Source: Chitinophagales bacterium
GTDB lineage: Bacteria > Bacteroidota > Bacteroidia > Chitinophagales > CAIODY01
Assembly (NCBI GenBank): GCA_947449695.1
Contig: CANFST010000014.1
Span: forward strand, 1,430 to 65,429
Reading direction: 5' to 3'
DNA: 64,000 nt
This document shows, piece by piece, positions 45,136 to 54,635 of this stretch; position 1 is the first letter of the stretch; every line of letters begins with the position of its first letter. The notes under the pieces were generated by a model. It did no database searches, was not told where the DNA came from, and saw nothing but the letters and a program-made list of their open reading frames with translations. A program made the translations under genes and the position numbers.

Positions 45136-46608
45136 TTAAAAATTTGCCCTCATGTGCAAAAACAACCCTGTTTCACCAGTTTTTTTTCTGCTGATTTCGC
45201 AGCGCAATAATAAGTCGTAAGCTGTTACAAAATCAACGCCAGCGCCATAACTAACTAACCAGCTATTGTTGAGCGGATTGTTGATGTAATAAAATTTATC
45301 AACCACATAACCTGCATCAATAAAGGCTTTCAAATAAATTTGGAAAGGAAGGTTCTCGAGATACTTATAATGAACTGGAAATTTTTTGTTGAAAATTTTT
45401 CGTTTGATTTCATTTCGGTTCAACACAAAATGTTGCCCATCAATTACATCGTATTCATAACCTCTTACAAATTCATAACCATAACCCAAACCACTTTGCA
45501 AATAATAAGGTTGATGGGTTGGAAACGAAAGCTGACCTTTTATTGAATGATACAAATACCATTGATGCGGCAAAGCAAAATATTTACTCAACAGCAAATT
45601 AAATTCATTCATTTTCACGTTATCACTTTGTAATAAGCCATATTGAGTGGCATTGAACATGATTAAAAAACCTTTTAACGGGTAAGCTTTCACATCACGA
45701 TGGTCGTATTCAAATTGATATTTCAAGAAGAAAAAATGTTGTTCGGTTTTTCCATTCAAAAAATAATTGGGATTGAATTTTGCCAAAGAATCTTCAATCG
45801 AACTTTTAGTGAAATTCAACTCAAAGGTGTGGCGTATAAATATTTTTGGGCGATACCGAAACATTCCACCAGCAATACGTTTTCGGCGAATGAACTGATT
45901 GTCATCTCTGATAAAAATTTGTTTGTTTTCAAATGTGATGGCTGCAGCTTCCTTGTTGCCATAAACATTGGCATATAACACCAATCCTTTAGTGAGTTTT
46001 TTATCAATGAATGGAAACTCATATTGGATGCCTAATTGACGGGTATAACCTACTTGCGCTGTGATAGTCATGGTTTCATTTCGCCCACGAATATTACGTT
46101 GTAGCAAATTTCCGCCAATATTTAATCGTTGTAAATCATGATGTTTTTCAACCCACCATACGTTAAAATTTCTATCAGCAATTTCCATCGAAGGAATAAT
46201 AAAAGTGTAGAAACGCTCTTGCAGCAATACTTTTAATGACAATGAATTTGTAGTGCTATCAAAAACTTCAAATTTTATTTCGTTGAATAAAAAAGAGTTG
46301 TACAAATTTTTTCTACTCTGCTCTAATCTGTTTTTTAGTTCGGTATAATTCATCGTGTCTCCTGGTTGCACATACATTTCACGAAGAATAATATGCTGCT
46401 TAGTTTTTTTATTACCCAAAATTTCAATTTTATTGATTTGAAAAACTTGTGCATTTACTAATTGCGAAAGCAATAGCAAAAGTATTATGGTTCCACATTT
46501 TAATAAAGTGGTGAATTGATGAAAAGGTTTTGAAGTTTTATTTTTCAATGAGATGCAAAGAAAGAGAAATTTGAAATAGCTTTTGTTTTCATTACTAACT
46601 TTGCCCAT
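45136..46608 (-). CDS. Omp85/BamA-family outer-membrane protein with a POTRA-like domain (start uncertain)
   Basis: Hydrophobic leader ...GTIILLLLLSQLVNAQ, POTRA-like KIEILGNKKTKQHIILREM and a beta-barrel ending HMRANF. The only in-frame ATG is at 46608, and the track start at 46686 is GTG. Confidence 0.6.
   Translation of the reverse strand: MGKVSNENKSYFKFLFLCISLKNKTSKPFHQFTTLLKCGTIILLLLLSQLVNAQVFQINKIEILGNKKTKQHIILREMYVQPGDTMNYTELKNRLEQSRKNLYNSFLFNEIKFEVFDSTTNSLSLKVLLQERFYTFIIPSMEIADRNFNVWWVEKHHDLQRLNIGGNLLQRNIRGRNETMTITAQVGYTRQLGIQYEFPFIDKKLTKGLVLYANVYGNKEAAAITFENKQIFIRDDNQFIRRKRIAGGMFRYRPKIFIRHTFELNFTKSSIEDSLAKFNPNYFLNGKTEQHFFFLKYQFEYDHRDVKAYPLKGFLIMFNATQYGLLQSDNVKMNEFNLLLSKYFALPHQWYLYHSIKGQLSFPTHQPYYLQSGLGYGYEFVRGYEYDVIDGQHFVLNRNEIKRKIFNKKFPVHYKYLENLPFQIYLKAFIDAGYVVDKFYYINNPLNNSWLVSYGAGVDFVTAYDLLLRCEISRKKTGETGLFLHMRANF
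46596..46603 (+). promoter_or_regulatory. Candidate -7 box (TAACTTTG) for the enoyl-CoA hydratase gene
   Basis: Exact TAnnTTTG ending 18 nt before ATG 46622. It lies inside the first codons of the divergent OMP gene. Confidence 0.45.
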
Positions 46609-46621
46609 AAATTTTTCAAAA

Positions 46622-47419
46622 ATGGCGGAAGCAAAATCTTTCACGTGTTTGATATACACGGTTGAAAACAATGTAGCATATATCACTTTGAATCGCCCTG
46701 ATGTGTTTAATGCTTTTAATGATGAAATGAGTTATGAATTGCAAGATGCCCTGAAAATGGCTACCAATGATGCTTTAGTGCGTTGTGTTGTATTGACTGG
46801 AAGCGGAAAAGCATTTTGCAGCGGACAAGATTTGAAAGCAATAAAAGAAGTGGCAGGCAAACGTGATTTGAGTGAATCGTTGCATAAGCGTTATAATCCA
46901 ATCATCAGAGCGATGCGCAATATGCCTAAGCCAATTATTGGCAGAATAAACGGTGTGGCGGCTGGAGCAGGTTGTAGCTTAGCCTTAGCTTGCGATATTG
47001 TAGTGGCTGCCGAAAATGCCAGTTTTATTGAAGTGTTTGTGAATGTAGGATTGGTTTTGGATAGCGGTTCATCGTTCTTTTTACCACGAGCTGTGGGCAG
47101 CATGAAGGCATTTGAAATGAGTACAATGGGCAGCAAAGTGACAGCCGAAGAAGCCTTACAGATAGGCATTGCGAACAAAGTTGTGACGTTGGAACAAATT
47201 GATGAAGCGATAAAAACTTACACCGATTATTATGCACAAGCACCAACCAAAGCAATCGGCATGATGAAAAAAATGTTGAACAAATCGTTCAATTCAAACT
47301 TAGATGAAATGCTGGAGTACGAAGCCTATTGCCAGCAAATTGCAGGTAATACTTACGACAATGCCGAAGGTGTGAAAGCATTTAATGAAAAAAGAAAACC
47401 TGTATTTAAGGGGGAATAA
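46622..47419 (+). CDS. Enoyl-CoA hydratase/isomerase family protein (PaaG-like)
   Basis: ITLNRPDVFNAF, FCSGQDLK and GAGCSLALACDI motifs. I start at ATG 46622. Confidence 0.88.
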   Translation: MAEAKSFTCLIYTVENNVAYITLNRPDVFNAFNDEMSYELQDALKMATNDALVRCVVLTGSGKAFCSGQDLKAIKEVAGKRDLSESLHKRYNPIIRAMRNMPKPIIGRINGVAAGAGCSLALACDIVVAAENASFIEVFVNVGLVLDSGSSFFLPRAVGSMKAFEMSTMGSKVTAEEALQIGIANKVVTLEQIDEAIKTYTDYYAQAPTKAIGMMKKMLNKSFNSNLDEMLEYEAYCQQIAGNTYDNAEGVKAFNEKRKPVFKGE

Positions 47420-47491
47420 TTATTTTTTATTCACAAAATCAAATCCTGAATTCAGCCTAAATGCTGCATTTTTGCAACCCAAAATTTTCTG

Positions 47492-48337
47492 ATGGCAATT
47501 TTTAGTAAGAATAAAAGCGACCACAATAATATGAGTTTCTTTGAGCATATTGATGCTTTAAGAGGTCATTTGTTTCGCAGCGCCATTGCAATTGTAACTA
47601 TTGCAGTTATTATTTTTCTAAATAAAAAATTTGTTTTCGATACGCTACTATTCGGACCTAAAAAACAAGATTTTGTAACCTACAGATGGATGTGCATGCT
47701 TAGTGAAAAATTACATATGCCTGATTTATGTGTACATGTTCCTGATTTTAAAGTAATCAGCACAACTTTGGCTGGGCAGTTTATGGCGCATATCACCATT
47801 TCATTTATGGTTGGTTTGTTGCTGGCTATTCCATATTTGTTTTGGGAAATCTGGCGATTTGTTGCACCTGCATTGCATGAGAAAGAACGTAAAGCTGCCC
47901 GTGGTGTAGTGGGCTATGCATCACTATTGTTCTTAATAGGTGCTGCGTTTGGTTATTATTTTATAACGCCGTTTTCTATTGCATTTTTAGCTGATTATAA
48001 TGTATCAACTGAAGTAACTGTAATGCCGACATTAGATGAATATGTAGATTTTGTAACTTCGATGGTATTGATGACAGGCTTAGCTTTTGAATTGCCTATG
48101 GTGATGTTTTTTTTAGGACGGATTGGTATTGTAAGCAGCACTATGCTTCGCAAACAACGCCGCTATGCTATTGTTGCAGTTTTATTTTTATCGGCTATTA
48201 TCACACCATCAGTTGATATGTTTACTCAAACATTGGTAGCTGTGCCACTTTATGGTTTATATGAATTGAGTATTATTGTAGTAGCTCGTGTTGAGAAGCG
48301 TAAAAAAATTGAAGAGGAGGAATTCTATAATTCTTAA
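47492..48337 (+). CDS. tatC: Twin-arginine translocase subunit TatC
   Basis: MSFFEHIDALRGHL (typical TatC N-terminus) and six TM segments. An alternative ATG is at 47531. Confidence 0.9.
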   Translation: MAIFSKNKSDHNNMSFFEHIDALRGHLFRSAIAIVTIAVIIFLNKKFVFDTLLFGPKKQDFVTYRWMCMLSEKLHMPDLCVHVPDFKVISTTLAGQFMAHITISFMVGLLLAIPYLFWEIWRFVAPALHEKERKAARGVVGYASLLFLIGAAFGYYFITPFSIAFLADYNVSTEVTVMPTLDEYVDFVTSMVLMTGLAFELPMVMFFLGRIGIVSSTMLRKQRRYAIVAVLFLSAIITPSVDMFTQTLVAVPLYGLYELSIIVVARVEKRKKIEEEEFYNS

Positions 48338-49332
48338 TTTTTCATCTCAGTATATTTTTTCAAATACCAATCTAAAGTTTTTTTTAAGCCTTCTTTTAAA
48401 TTTATTTTTGCTTCAAAACCAGTTAGCTCTTTTAGCTTGGTAGTATCTGGGCATCTACGATTAACGCTGCCTTCGGGCGCAGGTTGAATATCAAAATCGC
48501 ATTTGTAATCAGCCACAGTAAATAATTTTTCAGCTAATTCTTTAATTGTAATTTCTTCCTTGCTATTGCCGACATGAATTACTTCGGTATTGCATTTTTC
48601 GCTACGCATCACAGCCACTGTAGCTTCTACGGCATCGTCCACATAGCAAAAAGCACGAGTTTCGGTACCGCCGAAAATTTTAAATGGATTTTCTTTATTG
48701 GCAATACGTTTGCAAAATTCGGGCAACACATGTTCAAAGCCCATTCTGCCTGCATAAATATTGTGATAGCGAATGATAGAGAACGGAACTTTTTTGGTGC
48801 GTAAATAATTTACAGTTAATAATTCGCCAATCAATTTGCTCCCACCATAAGAAAATCTAGCATTAAAAACATCATCAATAGTTAAAGGAATATCTTCTTT
48901 GGAAGGCATGAAATTCTTGTATTCACCAAAGCATTTTACAGTGCCTGCATATGCTTCAGATGAGCTGGTGAATACTAATTTTCCTGTGTTTTCAGGGGTG
49001 CTCCATTCTAACAAATTCATCAAGGATAAAATATTTACACGTAAAACTTCTTGCGGTTTTTCGTAAAAATATTTAGTACCGTTGATAGCTGCTAAATGAT
49101 AAATTTCATCATAATGATTATCTAATTGAGAATAAAAAATAGTGTTGGTCATGTCAGCTTCAATAAAGCGGACATTAGGCTTGGTCAAGAATTCGCTGAA
49201 TTCAGCATCGTGTCTGCCACGAGATAAATTATCAATCACCGTTACTTTATCTGTAGTGTTATCTGCTAAAAATTTGGCTAAATAAAATGCAACAAAACCT
49301 GCACCACCTGTAACTAAAATATTTTTATTCAT
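48334..49332 (-). CDS. NAD-dependent epimerase/dehydratase (extended SDR)
   Basis: ILVTGGAGFVAFYL (GxxGxxG) and YGGSK (YxxxK). I start at ATG 49332, because the ATG at 49356 abuts the tRNA terminator T-tract. Confidence 0.85.
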   Translation of the reverse strand: MNKNILVTGGAGFVAFYLAKFLADNTTDKVTVIDNLSRGRHDAEFSEFLTKPNVRFIEADMTNTIFYSQLDNHYDEIYHLAAINGTKYFYEKPQEVLRVNILSLMNLLEWSTPENTGKLVFTSSSEAYAGTVKCFGEYKNFMPSKEDIPLTIDDVFNARFSYGGSKLIGELLTVNYLRTKKVPFSIIRYHNIYAGRMGFEHVLPEFCKRIANKENPFKIFGGTETRAFCYVDDAVEATVAVMRSEKCNTEVIHVGNSKEEITIKELAEKLFTVADYKCDFDIQPAPEGSVNRRCPDTTKLKELTGFEAKINLKEGLKKTLDWYLKKYTEMKN

Positions 49333-49357
49333 AGTTTTTGAACTTATTATTATCATT

Positions 49358-49397
49358 AAAAAACAAAAACCTTGTAAAGTTTAATTTTACAAGGTTT
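49358..49397 (-). terminator. Rho-independent terminator after tRNA-Ser
   Basis: A 12-bp stem (AAACCTTGTAAA / TTTACAAGGTTT) with a 7-nt loop, followed on the minus strand by TTGTTTTTT. Confidence 0.75.
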
Positions 49398-49408
49398 CTT
49401 AAACGCCG

Positions 49409-49499
49409 CGGAGAGAGAGAGATTCGAACTCTCGGTACAAGTTTAAGCTCGTACAACGGTTTAGCAAACCGGCCCTTTCGGCCACTCAGGCATCTCTCC
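49409..49499 (-). tRNA. tRNA-Ser (anticodon GCU)
   Basis: Hand-folded 91 nt sequence GGAGAGA..TCTCTCC with a 7-bp acceptor stem. The anticodon loop is TTGCTAA, the variable arm has a 7-bp stem (type II tRNA), the T-arm is GAGAG-TTCGAAT-CTCTC and the discriminator is G. CCA is not encoded. Confidence 0.9.
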
Positions 49500-49558
49500 T
49501 TTTTCGGACGTCAAATATACAAATCTTACTTCATTTCACAAATCAGAAATCAAAAATT

Positions 49559-50749
49559 TTATCTCAAAATATTTTGTTCGTCGCTAAATTGACGATATGA
49601 AAAAATCACTGCTAACGAACCATAAACAAGCAGTGAAGCGAATGTAAGCCACCAATAAATACCTACATTATCTCCAGCCACCATATTTTTTGTACATAAT
49701 GCAACATTTGTAATCGGAATTAAGGAGGTAATTAAATTCAGTTTTACTCCAGGCATCATTGCTATCATGGCAGGAAAAATTACCAAGAAATTAAATGGTG
49801 CAATAATGCTAGTTGCTTCACGATAATTTTTAGCGTAAGTAGCCACAGGCACTAAAATACCTGAAAAGAAAACAGTTAATGGCAACAACATGATAATGAC
49901 TTTTGCAATAAAAATGGGTGTAAAAATTTGTCCAATTACTTTTATCATTTCTACCGGAATATCACTACTTCCAAATAATTTTACAAATAATAATATGCCC
50001 GAAATGGACAAAATAGCAGTTAAAGTGGCACCAGTTACTGCCACACCAATTTTACCAAACATAATCTGCAAGCGGTTTACAGGGCTGGTTAATAATGTTT
50101 CAATCGTGCCTCGTTCTTTTTCACCAGTAAATAAATCTACGGTCAACATCATGCAACCCATGAAAGAATACAAGATAAAAATGTAGGGTAAAAAGCCACC
50201 AAAATATTTTCCAAACATTTCTTGAGTGGATGCAATATCATGCTCTTCAATTTTAAATGGTGTAATTTTTTCTTCGCTCAAATTCAATCGCACCAAACGT
50301 TGCTGAACCAAAGGCATTTTTATAATTTCCAATTTTGAAATCAATCTGTTTTTAAAAACATCATCTTTCGAGTTGTAAAAAATAGAAACTTTAGATGTTA
50401 AATTGCTATCCATTCTAGAACTAAAATCAGCACTTGTAAATAAGCCTGCATCAGCTTTTTCAGCTTTTATGCTGTCTTTTATTTGTTGAATGTTATTGCA
50501 ATATTTTATCTTAATCATCGAATCGTTTTGCAAACTTTTTTCCAACACATTGCCTTTATTATCGTTGAGCCAGAACAGCCTCATCACTTTTTGGTCGTTA
50601 TGTTCGCCCACTAACACCTGCACTTTTATTATCACAAAAAGTATAAATGGCATCAACAAAGTTGGAATCAAAATAGTGGTTCGCAAAGTGCGTTTATCCC
50701 GAAGCACATCCAACAATTCTTTCCTGTAAACGATAAATATTTTTTTCAT
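49559..50749 (-). CDS. ABC-2 type transporter permease (NatB-like)
   Basis: 396 aa with an N-terminal TM, a large extracytoplasmic loop and five C-terminal TM segments. It is adjacent to its ATPase. Confidence 0.7.
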   Translation of the reverse strand: MKKIFIVYRKELLDVLRDKRTLRTTILIPTLLMPFILFVIIKVQVLVGEHNDQKVMRLFWLNDNKGNVLEKSLQNDSMIKIKYCNNIQQIKDSIKAEKADAGLFTSADFSSRMDSNLTSKVSIFYNSKDDVFKNRLISKLEIIKMPLVQQRLVRLNLSEEKITPFKIEEHDIASTQEMFGKYFGGFLPYIFILYSFMGCMMLTVDLFTGEKERGTIETLLTSPVNRLQIMFGKIGVAVTGATLTAILSISGILLFVKLFGSSDIPVEMIKVIGQIFTPIFIAKVIIMLLPLTVFFSGILVPVATYAKNYREATSIIAPFNFLVIFPAMIAMMPGVKLNLITSLIPITNVALCTKNMVAGDNVGIYWWLTFASLLVYGSLAVIFSYRQFSDEQNILR

Positions 50750-50772
50750 TTTCTGATTTTGTAAATGTTGTT

Positions 50773-51546
50773 TTAATTTTTTTGTACCGTTTCAATAAAT
50801 GCTTCAGTAAGGCTGTGAGAGCCATGTTCGGCTCTGAATTTTTCCATTGTATCGTTAAACAAAATTTTTCCATTGTGCATAATTGCTAAATCATCACATA
50901 GTAAATTCACCTCTTCCATGATATGTGATGAAAAAATTACAGTTTTATTTTGTGCTTTACAATGCCTTATTAATTCGATAATGTTTGCTGCCGTAATCAC
51001 ATCCAATCCTGATGTAGGCTCATCAAACACCACTACTTCTGGGTTGTGAATCATGGTACGCACAATCGAAACTTTTTGTTTCATGCCCGTGCTTAACGTG
51101 CCAATGCGCTTGTTGGCAAATTCATGAACACCCAATAAGGTGAATAATTCATTTTTCCTATTTTTAAATGTAGCATCATCTAATCCATTTAGGTCAGCAA
51201 AATATTTCACCATTTCATTGGCTGTTAATCGAGCATACAAACCTGTAGAACCAGTTAAGAAGCCAATTTTGCTGCGTACTTGGGTCGGAAATTCTTCTAC
51301 ATCTAAATTGGCAACAATGATTTTTCCGCTGCTAGGTTTTAGTAAAGTTGAAATCATTCGCAGAGCGGTTGTTTTGCCTGCTCCATTAGGCCCGAGTAAA
51401 GAAAAAATCCTGCCTGGCTTACATTCAAAACTAATATTGTCAACCGAATTAGCTCTACTAAGCATTTCCGCTGTTTCTGATTTTTTTTTGAAAAAGAAAT
51501 TATTTTTTGCAGGAAAAATTTTCGTAAGACTTTGAACTGAAATCAT
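50773..51546 (-). CDS. ABC transporter ATP-binding protein (NatA-like)
   Basis: Walker A GPNGAGKTT, signature LSTGMKQK and Walker B VVVFDEPTSGLD. Confidence 0.9.
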   Translation of the reverse strand: MISVQSLTKIFPAKNNFFFKKKSETAEMLSRANSVDNISFECKPGRIFSLLGPNGAGKTTALRMISTLLKPSSGKIIVANLDVEEFPTQVRSKIGFLTGSTGLYARLTANEMVKYFADLNGLDDATFKNRKNELFTLLGVHEFANKRIGTLSTGMKQKVSIVRTMIHNPEVVVFDEPTSGLDVITAANIIELIRHCKAQNKTVIFSSHIMEEVNLLCDDLAIMHNGKILFNDTMEKFRAEHGSHSLTEAFIETVQKN

Positions 51547-51637
51547 TTTTCTTAAAATTTAGATACGGAAAAATAGAAAAAAAATGTGAGCTATGCTATA
51601 ATATTTGAAAATAGCTGTCATTGTTAGCTCAATGAAA

Positions 51638-52516
51638 CTACTTGGTATAATAGCCTTTGAGAGACAAACCTAAACCTGTGATAGTTAAAATTTTATTGGC
51701 TATTGTTTTAATGAATTTTAATAGACTATTGCTATTTAATGTTTCGCGAAGCTTTTCGTCGCTGGTGTTTTTTGCAACCACTTCGGTTTTTTTTCCTTTT
51801 GATTGTTGAAATCGGGTTATGCTAATGCCTGTAGTTAATGTTTTTATTTTTTTAAACCCATTTCTTTTCATTACATCGTTCAGTGTTGTTGGTGAGTAAT
51901 AGGATAAATGTTCGGGATAATGTATAACACTAAATTTATCTTTTACCTGATAGCGCAAATAACAATTGAAATTAGGTGTAGTTAAATAAAATAATCCGCC
52001 TTTGCGAAGCAGTGAATAAATATTTTTTAATTCTTGATGAGGTGTGTTAATGTGTTCGATTACTTCGATGGAAACAATTACATCCATTTCAAGCCCTTTG
52101 AAATCAGAAGGATTTAAAACTCCCTGAAACATATTTATACCACGTGCTTTGCAGTTGTTTACAGCCGTTTCGGAGTATTCAGTGCCATATACATTCCAAC
52201 CTCTTTTTTTTGCAGCATCTAAAAACCATCCCTGTCCGCAACCTACATCTAGCAAGTTATTAGTGTGTCGGTATTTTTCCATTTCATCTAACCAGGAATT
52301 GTATGAAGCTATAGTTAGCGGAGACAAATATTGTTCTTTGCCGTATGAATAAACAGAGTAATAATCTGCTAATTCTTGTTGAGTAGGAATTCGTAACATA
52401 AATACAAAACCACAATCGTTACATTTGCCCAACTGATGAACATCGTAGCCTTTCATGGCTCCGATGTTTGAACTATTGCAAACTAAACAATTGTTGTGGT
52501 ATTTATTGTTTTCCAA
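51638..52516 (-). CDS. Class I SAM-dependent methyltransferase with an N-terminal Cys4 zinc-ribbon
   Basis: CLVCNSS...CNDCGF followed by motif I LLDVGCGQGWF. The only start that keeps the zinc-ribbon is TTG at 52516. Confidence 0.75.
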   Translation of the reverse strand: MENNKYHNNCLVCNSSNIGAMKGYDVHQLGKCNDCGFVFMLRIPTQQELADYYSVYSYGKEQYLSPLTIASYNSWLDEMEKYRHTNNLLDVGCGQGWFLDAAKKRGWNVYGTEYSETAVNNCKARGINMFQGVLNPSDFKGLEMDVIVSIEVIEHINTPHQELKNIYSLLRKGGLFYLTTPNFNCYLRYQVKDKFSVIHYPEHLSYYSPTTLNDVMKRNGFKKIKTLTTGISITRFQQSKGKKTEVVAKNTSDEKLRETLNSNSLLKFIKTIANKILTITGLGLSLKGYYTK

Positions 52517-52528
52517 AAGGTTGCTTAA

Positions 52529-53632
52529 TTATAATTTTGCATTCAATTTTGCAATTTCAGCAATTCTTTTTTCAGCCAACATCAATGCTGCTTTGTGAGA
52601 GGTAATATTTTCTGATTCTGATGTACTGAAAATATCCATAGTCAAGCCATAAACTTTATCAGCTTTGCCCATTGCTCGTTCGCGATTATAGCCTAACATT
52701 TCAGTATAAACATTTATCAATCCACCCGAATTGATTAAAAAATCAGGCGCATACAACATGCCCATTTGTTTTACAGTGTTGCCATGCAATACCTCATCTT
52801 CTAATTGATTGTTTGCACAACCTGCTATGATGGCGCATTTCAAGCGTTTTAAAGTGCCGTCATTCACTGTTGCGCCCATTGCACAAGGTGCATATACATC
52901 CATTTTTACATCATAAATTGCATCAGGTTCAACGACTTGAATACCCGAAAATTTATTTTGTAAAGCTTTCACTTTATCAGTTGCAATATCTGTTACATAA
53001 ACCGTTGCGCCATCTTTCACCAACATTTCAATTAAATAACCAGCCACATGTCCGGCGCCTTGTACAGCAATAGTTTTACCGCTTAATGAATCGTTGCCAT
53101 AAGCTTTTTTGGCTGCTGCTTTCATTCCTAAAAAAGTTGTATAAGCTGTAACAGGCGATGGGTCGCCACTTCCACCCATGTATTCAGGAATGCCTGTAAC
53201 ATGTTTGGTTTCCATAGCAATATATTCCATGTCAGCTGTGTTGGTTCCAACATCTTCAGCAGTGATATATTTTCCATTTAAGCTATTTACAAATTTGCCG
53301 TATCTGCGCCACAATGCTTCACTTTTATCAGTTGCCGAATTGCCTATGATAACAGCTTTCCCACCACCTAAATTCAAACCGCTGATAGCAGCTTTGTAAG
53401 TCATACCTCTTGACAAACGTAATACATCTTTTATGGCGTCAGCGTCATTGGCATAATTCCAAAAACGTGTGCCACCTAATGCAGGCCCTAAAGTTGTGTT
53501 ATGAATAGCGATGATTGATTTTAAGCCAGAAGCTTTATCGTTGCAAAACACCACTTGTTCGTGGTCATTAGCAGAAATTTGTTCAAATAATTGCATAGTA
53601 TTTTGTGCTGGTGAAATAATTGTTGTATCCAT
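52529..53632 (-). CDS. Leucine/valine/phenylalanine dehydrogenase (Glu/Leu/Phe/Val DH family)
   Basis: GPALGGTRFW, KAAISGLNLGGGKAVI (catalytic Lys region) and the Rossmann motif VQGAGHVAG. Confidence 0.88.
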   Translation of the reverse strand: MDTTIISPAQNTMQLFEQISANDHEQVVFCNDKASGLKSIIAIHNTTLGPALGGTRFWNYANDADAIKDVLRLSRGMTYKAAISGLNLGGGKAVIIGNSATDKSEALWRRYGKFVNSLNGKYITAEDVGTNTADMEYIAMETKHVTGIPEYMGGSGDPSPVTAYTTFLGMKAAAKKAYGNDSLSGKTIAVQGAGHVAGYLIEMLVKDGATVYVTDIATDKVKALQNKFSGIQVVEPDAIYDVKMDVYAPCAMGATVNDGTLKRLKCAIIAGCANNQLEDEVLHGNTVKQMGMLYAPDFLINSGGLINVYTEMLGYNRERAMGKADKVYGLTMDIFSTSESENITSHKAALMLAEKRIAEIAKLNAKL

Positions 53633-53695
53633 TTGTTTGTTAGTCTTTATCTCAAAATTCGGCGCAAAGGTATTTATTTTTTGCTATTTTCAAGG

Positions 53696-54622
53696 TTACG
53701 ATAGTTTTTCGTAATCATTCAGTTTATCTAATTCCATATATGGTTTATCCGCATCGGAATAATTAAGTGCTTGAACAAACTTTGCATTCCATACCACTTC
53801 ATAATATTTAAACGAAAAACGACTATGAACTGTTTGAGAGAATATTTCATCGTAGGCTCTTAGCATTACCAAAAACTCCATATCCAATTTTTCAAAATCA
53901 TCTTCAGTTAAGCCATACAAAGGACTTTCAGCATCAATTGGGTGTACTATTGTCCATAATGAAGGCAACATCGTAATCTTTGTTCGTTCTAAATTTAATG
54001 TCGAAAATTTTCTTACCTGTGGATTTTCTTTATCTAAATATGCCAAAGTGATTTGTGCTTCGGTATCAATTAAAGTATGTTTCAATCGGTTTGCCATACG
54101 AAACATAAAAGCTTGCCCAGTTGGCGCATACGGAGCAATTAGAGCATTTTTACTATAAATAATATTCGATTTTGGTTTGGCAAATCGACCATATAATAAA
54201 CCTGTTGCTACCGCAAAAGCTAACAACCCCACAAACGATTCGATAGATGCTAAAACATTAGCACCAAAGCCTTGTGGACTTATTCGGCCATAACCAACTG
54301 TGGTAAAAGTTTGTGTGCTGAAAAAAAAAGCTTCGATAAAATCTTCTACAAATGTTTTTGGGGCAGCACCAGCTAAGTGTTCTACACCGATAAACACATA
54401 ACCTAAAGCAAATGCCAAGTTCATTAAAAAATAACCCAACAGCATGACCAGCAAAAATTTCCAAAGATTCACTTCTATCAAAAAGTGATACATGCTGAAT
54501 GAATCAAATCGATTCAATCCACGACGTTCAACCGTGAATGAACCATCCTGATTCATCAATCTAGTTTTTTGAGAACCAGTTTTAGTTCCAAACCCTAAGT
54601 CATTAAATTTTTCTTTCAACAT
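53696..54622 (-). CDS. Inward-rectifier-type potassium channel (KirBac-like)
   Basis: Two TM segments flank a pore helix with the selectivity filter TTVGYG. The C-terminal ~170 aa are a soluble beta-rich domain, as in Kir channels. Confidence 0.85.
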   Translation of the reverse strand: MLKEKFNDLGFGTKTGSQKTRLMNQDGSFTVERRGLNRFDSFSMYHFLIEVNLWKFLLVMLLGYFLMNLAFALGYVFIGVEHLAGAAPKTFVEDFIEAFFFSTQTFTTVGYGRISPQGFGANVLASIESFVGLLAFAVATGLLYGRFAKPKSNIIYSKNALIAPYAPTGQAFMFRMANRLKHTLIDTEAQITLAYLDKENPQVRKFSTLNLERTKITMLPSLWTIVHPIDAESPLYGLTEDDFEKLDMEFLVMLRAYDEIFSQTVHSRFSFKYYEVVWNAKFVQALNYSDADKPYMELDKLNDYEKLS

Positions 54623-54635
54623 GATTTGAAAAATA

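Noticed and set aside
47446-47455. Perfect 10-nt palindrome CTGAATTCAG after the enoyl-CoA hydratase gene, considered as a terminator
   Set aside because: It has no loop and no T-run. It is just an EcoRI-containing palindrome.
49411-49421. GA dinucleotide run (GAGAGAGAGAG) that looks like a microsatellite
   Set aside because: It is the complement of the tRNA-Ser acceptor 3' strand and T-stem (CTCTC-TCTCTCC), not a free repeat.
49338-49592. 84-aa plus-strand ORF
   Set aside because: It reads through the tRNA-Ser gene and its terminator on the opposite strand. The tRNA fold explains this region.
51140-51535. 131-aa plus-strand ORF
   Set aside because: It is fully antisense to the ABC ATPase gene, whose Walker A, signature and Walker B motifs are intact. 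It is a shadow ORF.
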